Shown here piece after piece: positions 55,086-64,000 of a stretch of DNA of 64,000 nt (positions are counted from its first letter, which is position 1; each line of letters starts with the position of its first letter). The notes beneath the pieces were generated by a model that saw nothing but the letters and a program-made list of their open reading frames with translations, searched no databases and was not told the origin of the DNA. Source of the DNA: the human T2T-CHM13v2.0 reference genome, Homo sapiens. The stretch lies in NCBI RefSeq assembly GCF_009914755.1, contig NC_060925.1. One strand, 5' to 3'. The translations under genes and the position numbers were made by a program.

Positions 55086-58000
55086 TCACTGTCTCAGGCA
55101 GTAGGTTCTATTGAATCACATTCTTCTACAACTGGAAAACAGCAATGTAGATGATCTCCTAGGGGTTGGGAGGGGATGATCTGTGAAAGTGTTGGAGCCA
55201 TCTAGACACACTGAGTGGAGATGTAATTTGAGCCTGGGAGAGAATTCTCAAGTCAGTTCAAAGGGCTATAATTTCATTAATTCAAAATCCCACTTAAGTT
55301 GGGGAAAATGAGGTCCTAGGAGAGAAGCCAGATGTCAAGGACAAGCCCAGTTAGTGGATGAACTTTTTTGTAGCCAGCTGCCTCCCCAGGGCTCCCTGAA
55401 CAAAGCATGCATTGTAGCTGCTGCGTGGGCCCCATGGCAGGAGGAGTACCCGGGAGCCAGAGCCTGGTGCATGGGGAGGAGGCGGGCCAGGGCCGCAGGG
55501 AGAGGCTTGGATGCCCTGGAAACACAACTGGATCAATTCAGCCTGACAAAATCTTTCCTCCTGCTAAAATTTTCCTCAAACAGAACAAAAGGGAAAGTCA
55601 GAGCATTTTTGCCAAATCAACCAGAGAAAGGAAAGCTGGCGCAAAGTTAATCACTATTTTCTTCCTGGCTGTCCAGGCCAGAGATACCCATGATGGGAGC
55701 AAGAACATTTGTCATCACCCGCTTGGTCACTATGGATGACATAGGAGCCCTTTCCTTGCAAACAAGCAATACAGAAAAGGAAGTGCCTGGGTCCCAACCC
55801 TGTAGGGTGCAGCCAGAACCCACAATGCACTATTCTCTGCAGATCAAGAGGCTTCTAATCTTACCTTGACTCACCGCCTTATCCAAACAGTAGAGCCCCT
55901 GCAAAACCCCTCTTTTGGAGAAGGAAATCTCGGGTGGGATAATTCATTGCAAACATCATTGATTAGTCCAGGGAGAGGTCAGGAGCTCCCTGGGGCAGGC
56001 ACATCACTCTAGTCATGAAGGAAAAGACTCCACCATGGTGCCCTTTAGCATCACTAAGAAACGATTTCTAGACTGCTGGTCTGTCCTGCCAAAGCAAAAT
56101 TACTCACAAGATATAACAGGCACTAGGTACAACAGTGTAGCACCAGCTTTTGCATAAAAAAGCTTAACTTTGAGTTGGGGATATGCCACTTCCAAGCAGT
56201 TGAACCTTGATCAATGCATTGACCCTCAGGGAGCCTCGGATTTCTCATTTATGAGGTGGACAGAATCAGAGGATGGTGAACGGCGTGGAGCAGAGGCAAG
56301 GAGGGTCTCCTTGGCTCATCTGCTGGGTCTGCTGCAGCCTACAGAGAAACCACAGGCTGTCGTACGCACATAACTCAGTAGTCCACTTCCTCTCTGGGAC
56401 ACACAGCAGTCCACAGCCTTGCTCCCATGGAGACAGCCAGCACAGCCTGCAGGCCATCAGCCCAGGAAGGGAACTGGCAAATTTTAGAGCACTAAGACGG
56501 CAGCTGATACAGATACTCAGTCGGCCCAGGCCACACCAGCATCCAGGTGACTGGGTCCTGCCAGATGGAGCATGGGACAACATAAAACTCCCAGCATCCA
56601 CTTCTCTAAAGGGGAGAGTGTGCACACTAAGCCCACAGACACCTTCACGTCCAACATCGCCATCAACGCACCCAGGGCAGGGCAGTTCCTGGGATGTGGA
56701 CCTGAGCCACAGCCTGGCCTTGTCAGTGCACCAGGTTCTGGGAGAGCAGCCAGACACAGAATGGTGGCAGATGCTCCACTCCTTAAAGAAACAGCAAATT
56801 GCGCAGTCCTTCCCTATTTCCCAGGCCTGGGGACTCCTCACATGAGCATGGTAAAAAATTTATATACTTATTCAGAGGTTTAAAAATCCCCCAAATATAT
56901 AAATACACCAGCAAATCAAATGGCATTGCCATAAGGAGAGCATCCTTGGAATTTATCTATCCGTCTTTCAATTGGCCATTTAGCTCAGTTTGGGCCCTTA
57001 ACAATACAAGCATGATAAGGTCTCGTCACTGTGTCTCCAGGATCTGATCACTGCAGACCCTGGGCAGTGATTAGGGAGCATGGGCTCTGGAGGACCAGCG
57101 CCTCTGACTCTCTATGGCCCCGGGCAAGTCTCCAGGTCTCCATTGCCTCACCTCTAAAGTGAACATAGAGTCTAGAACGTAAGCCAGTGCGTGCTGACGG
57201 TCCCCACACCGCACTGCCAGGGGCCTCGGGCTCTGCTCTAGCAGCTTGGCCTGGACCACGGAGCTCTTTGACCAGGACCTGCTCCACCTGAGGCTGATGC
57301 CCTCATGGTGCTGCCTGGCCCAGCCACGCCCATGATCCTTTTCCAGGGTCCCGGAGAAGGAGAAGAACTTCCTTTCTGGTCCTTCCCATTCTGCTCCTGG
57401 GTTCAACCAAGCAGCTTCTAGGCAGCTCTGATGACTCAGCAGCAGTGACTCACAGGTTCCCAGGACAGCAGATGAATCCTCTGCTTCTCTGGCTCCCTCT
57501 CCGTCCCCTGGCTCTTCCTGGCAATGTGCTTTCACTCAGCCTTGGGCCCACTTTCCCATCCCTCTGGGGACATACCCCCTCGCTTGTCCTGAGACCCACA
57601 GTTGAGACCCACACCTGGGCTCCAGCCTCTCTACTGTTCTTTTTACTTCCCAAGCTGGCCCATGGTCCCTTCAGGCTCAGCTCTCCAGGGATCTGCTACC
57701 CCGTTCCTGCCTCCGGGACCCACTCCACCCTCCTGGCACTGGCTGGGTCCTGGTGGAGGAGCTACCACAGGCAGCAGAGAAGCAGAATTCTGCTGAGAGC
57801 TGTGACCCGAGGACACTGGGCCCCACCAAGCCCACGGTGCAGACCCTGGACTGCTAGAGAGGATGGCAGCACCATCCCCTCCAGGAAGAGCCACCAGGTC
57901 TGGAGGAAAACCTGCGCCTCTGAGAGCCTCAAAGGAGCTGTGCCAGTCAGAAGGTGCCGCTCAATGGTCCTGGTCCTCTGGGGGTGACAGGGTCACACTG

Positions 58001-58635
58001 CGAGCCGGACTTTACACAGCACATCAGTGTGAAGGATGCCAGCATCCTTGTCTGTCATCTTCCTAATTATGAGCCTGCTCAACCCCTCCCCAGCCACCTA
58101 GCTCATGCAGGGCCTTCGCTTCTTTGGGCCTTTCCCTCCTTCATGCCATGAGAAGTAAAGGCCAAGAAGGGTCGCAGGACATAGGCCCTGGGGGCTAGGA
58201 GCAACCGCCAGTGTGGATGTGTGCATACTAAACCCAGGGCAGGGCAAAGAGAAACACTAGGACCCAGAAACATCTGTCTCAGAAGTGCTTTCATCCTGCT
58301 GGGATACACTAAGGTACAGGCAGGAAGAAAGCCCCATGCCTGAAGGGGAAGCTACTGAAGACACAGCAGGTGGCTGAGCAGTGCCACAGGTGACAGCTCA
58401 CTGCTGGGCTTGTTCCTGCACTACCTTCCCTGGTTTGTCCCCTGGGATGCTGGGGAAAGAAATTATGTTGGGATTTTTTCTATAAATAATTTCCTGTCAT
58501 TGTGTGTAATGATTGGCGAATAATTTCACAACAACTGGCTGTTTCTTTGTTGCATTCTAAACTTGAGCAGCACTGTGGATCATCAGCATTTTCTGTCTCC
58601 CCGCCATTTGAAAAGAACAGTTTCCCGGGACAATT

Positions 58636-58741
58636 CCTTGAGCCCAGGTCGAGGCTGCGGTGAGCTATGATCACGCCACTGCTCTCCAGCCTGGGTGACG
58701 AAGTGAGACTCCATCTCTAAAATATAAATAAATAAATAAAT
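58636..58741 (+). mobile_element. AluJ right-arm 3' fragment
   Basis: TTGAGCCCAGG..GAGGCTGCGGTGAGCTATGATC..(TAAA)n tail. Confidence 0.85.
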
Positions 58742-58971
58742 AGCAAAATGTTTCCCTTTCTCCATAAGAAAAATGCTTTTAAAAATTTCTCCTCAGATGC
58801 AAACATGTTAAACCCAAGTAAATGTCCCTTCACCTGGGTAGGCCTCAAAGGAAAAGTTTCAGCCACCTGAAATGCCAGTTAGCTGGTCAGCCTGTAAGAC
58901 GCTTGTTTATTTGTAAAGAAATAGCCCATTCTGCGCAGTCTCAACAGTGGCCCTGGGAAACGGCAGCCCTG

Positions 58972-59146
58972 CTTTTATTTTTAAACCTCAAAGTTCATCT
59001 TAGAGATAAAGCTTTCTTTTCTCATGAGAGGCTGAGTGTCGTACATGGGTATGAAGGTGTAACATAGGCCTTAGACAATCATTTGTAACCTTAGAGGCAA
59101 CAGGAACATTCAGAGCTGCCTGCCAGGCCCAGACACTCAAAGTGCT
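58972..59146. repeat. Local duplicated non-coding element, copy A
   Basis: About 141/175 identical to 61074-61246 by manual alignment, in direct orientation. Confidence 0.92.
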
Positions 59147-59397
59147 ACAAAGTCGCCGATCTTTGTGCTTTGGGAGATCAAGTAGTTCCCTTCCCCAGGG
59201 CTATATTTCAACCAGGGTTGAGTTCATCTTTGTGCTTGTTTTTTCCCAAATAGCTCACTTTCTGATTTTTTTGGCTTAATAGTGATATTATTTAAGAGGC
59301 ACCAAAAGAAAAAGCTCAGTGAAAAAATTGTTTTAGCAATAGAATGAGTTAGTATGAATCCCAGTGCTCATCATAATATTGACTGTTATACACATAA

Positions 59398-59731
<334 letters not shown>

Positions 59732-60205
59732 AAGACGGGTTCTTTAACAGTGGAAATAGAAACGTCATCTTCTGCAACGCTGAGCATCTGCAAAGCCCCC
59801 CACAGACAGTCTACTCAGGTGAGAACTGAATTTCCTCCCAGAACACTCTCTCCATTGTCATCCTTCCTTCCCCGATCCCAGGTGAATACATGTGGCACAG
59901 AGCCCCTCAAAGAGGCCTTCCATTCCCTTGTCCACTAATTTGATTTTCAGAATGTGGAGCCACGTGCCCCCTGGGGCCTGGCCTCTGCTCCCTGCTGCAG
60001 GTGCAGAAGCAAACAGACCATGGGGCCATGAAGTTTAACAGGCTGCCCAGGCCCGGGCACTCAGACCCTGCTGCTTCTCCCACCTCCCACCTCGCACCTC
60101 CCCACAGCCTTTTCTATCACACAGCCAAGGATTCCTGTTCCCCATCCTCTGTTGCTTATCATTTCTCCTGACCCACGCACAGAAGGGACTCTATTTCTAG
60201 GAGCA

Positions 60206-60483
60206 TCAGAGAGAAGCTTTCAAACTTTTTTGCTCATGACCCACAGCAAAAAGTGCATTTTCTGTTGCAATTAAGTGCACATGCACACACAGCTGACTCA
60301 CATCTAAGTCAAAAGTTTCAGGAAGCAATACTTCCTTTCACTACCTGCAAAGCCTTCTGTTACTTTCTGTTCTACTCTTCCCAGGCCGCACCACCCCCCA
60401 CATTTCAACAATGCTCGTTGAAATCCACGAAACTGATTTCCCAATCCCCTAACGGTTTATGGTCAGCAATTTGGAAAACACTG
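60206..60483. mobile_element. hAT-Charlie-type MITE
   Basis: CAG..TTTCAAACTTTTTTG..TGACCCACAG at the left end and TTTGGAAAACACTG at the right end. Subfamily not assigned. Confidence 0.55.
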
Positions 60484-60790
60484 GCTGAAATACTAATGAA
60501 AGGGCATCGCGGGTCTTCCCTGATGCGAGGGGAGGAAGGAAGGCTTTGCTCAGCTCTACGTTCCCACAGACCCACTTTTCCTGCCCTTTGCCCCACATCC
60601 CACCTGCCACTTGTGATTAAATAACAGTTTAACATCACCAAAGCTCCCTTTCACTCAAGAACTAACTCAATTAGGCTTGAGCTGGTGGGAGCTTAAAGCA
60701 GATTAAGGGAAGACAAAGGAGGCTTTGGGGTTTATCTTCAGCTTTCATGTTCCTAGGAGCTCTCTCTTCCTGTGCTGAGTCTTAAGCATC

Positions 60791-61016
60791 AAAGGGAGGG
60801 AGGCAGGGAAGGAGAGGAGAGGGGAGGGGAGGGGAGGGGCGGGGCGGGGAGGAGAGGAGAGGAGAGGAGAGGAGAGGAGAGGAGAGGAGAGGAGAGGAGG
60901 ATGGAAGGAAGGAAGGGGAGGGAGGAAGGAAGGAATGAAGGAAAGGATGAAAGGAAGGAAGGAGAGGAGAATGGAAGGGAGGAAGGGGAGGGAGGAAGAG
61001 AAGAAAGAGAAGAAAA
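60791..61016. repeat. Polypurine tract (GGGGA/GGAGA/GGAA)n
   Basis: About 225 bp, almost purely purine; six GGGG runs at 60821-60849. Confidence 0.95.
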
Positions 61017-61073
61017 CTCTCCCAAGCCCCCATCATGGGCTGAGGCCAACCAGCACTGCACTGGTCACCCCCA

Positions 61074-61246
61074 CTTTTATTTTTAAACTTCAAAGTGCAT
61101 CTTGGAGATAAGGCTCTCTTTTCCCATGAGATGCTGAGGGCTGTGTTTGGGTGTGCAGGAATAACGTAGGCCTTAGACAATTACTTGTAACCTTAGAGGT
61201 ACTGGGAGGGTTCCGGGCTGTGCTGGGCCCAGATACTCAAAGTGCT
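61074..61246. repeat. Local duplicated non-coding element, copy B
   Basis: Paralogous to 58972-59146. Confidence 0.92.
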
Positions 61247-61470
61247 TCCTGAGGAAGATGTCCGTGGTTCAGCTCAGGGATGGGCACTGCTCCCCACGCT
61301 CCTCCAATGGGGCAGCTCCCTGCTCCGACCCCACCTCCCACCTCCCCCAGCAGCTCAGACAGCCATCTGTGCGGCAGATGAGCTGCACACAGAAGGTGCT
61401 CGGCAAACACTTGCCGAATCCCCTGAAATGGTCCATCTGGGCCCCTTTACAAATCGAATTCTTTCTAGAT

Positions 61471-61760
61471 CAGTGGCGCCCAACAGAATTATAATGTGAG
61501 CCACACACGTCATCTTACATTTTCTAGTGGCTAACTAAGAAGTAATAATAATAAAAAGAAACAGGTGAAATTAACTTTAGCAATATACTTTGTATATAAA
61601 AATCATTATCATTCCAACATGTAATCGTATAAAATTTGTAAGATTTTTATAGTCTCTTTTTCTAGTACCAAGGGTTTGAAATTCAGTGTCAGTTTGGAAT
61701 TGCCACATTTAGAGTGCTCAGTAGCCGCATGGGGCTTGCAGCTACCACCCTGAGCTGCAG
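61471..61760 (+). mobile_element. MER33-like hAT MITE
   Basis: CAG.G..G.CCAA.AGAA.TATAATGTGAGCCACA...GTGCTCAGTAGCC.CATG.GGCT.G..GCTACC. Confidence 0.8.
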
Positions 61761-62844
61761 CTCTGAACTCTAACCAGGACTCGGGGCAACTGGGGCCCAG
61801 GCTGGAGCTCAGCTCAGAAGGAAGGTGCTAGGTGGAGTCCTCCAGCCACAAGTCACAAAGCAGACTGTGTTGGGGGGCCTTTGCCACTGCACCCCCCTCC
61901 CCACCGTCCTCACTTGCCTTCCCCACCTGGCACTGTATCTGGTGGGAGGAGATGGGCAGGGCGTGGGAACAGAAGGAATGGATGAGGACTTAGAGATGTG
62001 TGAGCAGCTCTCACAGCCATACACTGCCCCTGCTGGGGAGTCCATGTGGACCCCTCAGCTGGGACTGACCCCATCACCTGTAGTGAGACACACCAAGAAA
62101 CACGCCCCATCAACACAAAAATGTCTGCTAGGCCAAATCTGGCACAAGCTTAGTGACAGCTGAGTTAAATTACTGTATCCATGGTGCAGTCACCAAATAC
62201 TTGCAGCCCTCAATCATTTTCAGCTGTCTTTTTGGGGACAACAGAGACATATACAGATTGTCAATTCAACATGAGCTCATTTTATTAGACGCAATCAGCC
62301 ATATGGCACTTTGCGACCAGTAGACGTGCTCCTTTGACAATCAGTGTTATTGAGCCTGATCAGTAATGAGTTAGCTACTGGTCTTGTCTTCCCTTAGAAG
62401 AATCCATTTAACTCCTATGAGTGAGTCAGCTTTTTCCTAAGTGACATCTTTGAGGGGAATGCAATGCCAGCTTGTCACATGCCAGGCTCTGGCGCTCAGT
62501 TCCAGAATGTTAGAGCTGGGAAGGTCTTGGTTCTCTCCTAGTCCTGTGGCTTTTGAGCTTTACTTTCTAAGTGCAAAACTTTCTTTCAAATGAAATCTTA
62601 TGGGGAGGCCTGACTAAGACAGATTCTTCTGTAGGAGCTGGAAGGACAGCACAGAGCTCTCCCTCCCTTCCTCCTCCCCAGGCACCTCTGTGTGGTCAGG
62701 GTTTATTAGAAAACCAGCAACGCTAGGCAAGCCACTCATTGTACACATCTTAAAAGCAGGACCCAGAGCAGCTGTGTGTGATATAGTCACACTGTGCCAT
62801 GACAGAGCCAGGGTTGGAATTCCACTCTCAGATTCTAAGACCTC

Positions 62845-62916
62845 TACTATTATTATTATTATTATTATTATTTGAGATGGGATCTTGCTATGTTGCCCAG
62901 ACTAAAGTGCAGTGGC
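62845..62916 (-). mobile_element. Short Alu 3' fragment with (ATT)n tail
   Basis: (ATT)n followed by TGAGATGGGATCTTGCTATGTTGCCCAG..GTGCAGTGGC. Confidence 0.8.
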
Positions 62917-63231
62917 CCTTACAAAGATCTCTATTTTAGTATTTCCAGAGAGTTCCATGGAAGATCTTTGAAAGATACAAATGGTCCCACATGTAGAAAC
63001 AGGTTATCATGAGGTTTGTTAGAGTTTATTGAGTGCTGTGTGAGAGGCCCCATGCAATGGCTTTCCATGCCAGCCCACAAATTTCAAACTGCAGTAGGAA
63101 TGGCATTACGTTCCCAGCCTAAATGCAGTTATCCCTAACTGCCCTCAGGACCTGGCATCTAGAGGCTGGGGCACCATGGGGTCCCAAATTCTCTGTGCCC
63201 TGAGACCTTGAGTCTATAGAACCAGCATGAA

Positions 63232-63848
63232 TGATATAGAAGTTATTAAGAAATTGTTTTAGGCAGTTAGTGTGGGTAAAAGAGTTCTCAGTGGAATTTC
63301 CTTTTAATAAAAAGCAGCCCCCAAACCATTTCTTTTCTAACAGAAAGCAGCCCAAAAGCCAAGCTGCAAGCATAGATAAGCAAGCTGGAAGGTCACATGT
63401 GTAAGTGCCAGCAGCTGTACCTGGAAGCCAAGTACATTCCAACATGGTGACTTCCCCTCCCTCTCCTTGTTGTCACCTGTGCAGGTGTCATGGCACCACC
63501 AGGTTGAGGCCACATTTGCATAATAAAAGATTAGGGTGGGAGGGCCAGTTTCTTCGAAGGCTGTGTAAATGACATACCTGGCCAAACCAATCCCCTGGGA
63601 CCTACGTAAATCAAACACCGCCTCCTCAAGCCCCTCTATATAATCAACTGCATCCCACCCCAAACTTAGAAACCCTCTTGGGCACCCCCTTCCTCTGCCT
63701 GAGGAAGCTCTCTCTCTCTCTCTTCTTTCTGTGTCTATTAAAGTTTCCGCCCCTTAAACCTACTCCGTGCGTGTGTGTCCATGTCGTTAATCTTGTCGGC
63801 TCGAGACAACGAACCTCGGGTATTTCCCCAGACAACGAAGCCGCTTCA
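63232..63848 (+). mobile_element. LTR9-family (LTR9B-like) ERV1 solo LTR
   Basis: TGATA..TTCA ends; CCAAT at 63587, TATATAA at 63637, ATTAAA at 63737; 3' ACGAACCTCGGGTATTT.CCCAGACAA.GA.GCCGCTTCA. Confidence 0.8.
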
Positions 63849-64000
63849 CTCTCAGATTGGCTAATGAGGCCCCTGCTACTGTGGAGCTGGCAGAGGTTTT
63901 AGTGGGAAGGGTCAAGAAGGGCCTTCATGGGGCCCTGGGGGTTCCTTAGCAACAGCAGCAGAGGGCTGTAGATAGGTCTATGGATGTCAGGGAAGACTCT

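Noticed and set aside
56266-56845. Overlapping ~190-aa ORFs on both strands
   Set aside because: No recognisable domain, promoter or splice context; plausible by chance in GC-richer DNA. BLASTP/PhyloCSF would be needed to revive it.
57445-57987. 180-aa ORF
   Set aside because: Composition typical of random GC-rich non-coding sequence; no homology recognised.

Overview
Primate (human-like) genomic DNA that appears entirely non-coding, either intergenic or deep intronic. I could not identify the locus. No protein-coding exon, RNA gene or CpG-island promoter is supported; the ORF track is explained by Alu, LTR and simple-repeat sequence or by chance. Roughly half the window is interspersed repeat: about 25 Alu copies or fragments (J, S, Y, FLAM), old L1 pieces, L2 and MIR, MaLR LTRs (MST, MLT1), ERV solo LTRs (MER50-, MLT2A1- and LTR9-like) and DNA transposons (Tigger3, MER46, MER58, MER33). 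Subfamily names come from my recall of consensus sequences and need RepeatMasker/Dfam confirmation. The most notable observations are: (1) an unexplained ~175-bp non-coding element present twice, 2.1 kb apart, at ~81% identity, with MEF2-like and GATA motifs kept in both copies; (2) a decayed Charlie/hAT transposase on the minus strand, still recognisable from four colinear protein motifs; (3) a ~43-bp L1 insertion with a perfect 14-bp TSD; (4) a closely spaced inverted AluSp pair; (5) solo LTRs carrying DUX4-type and OCT-SOX-type motifs. I found no convincing evidence of a new multi-gene system.
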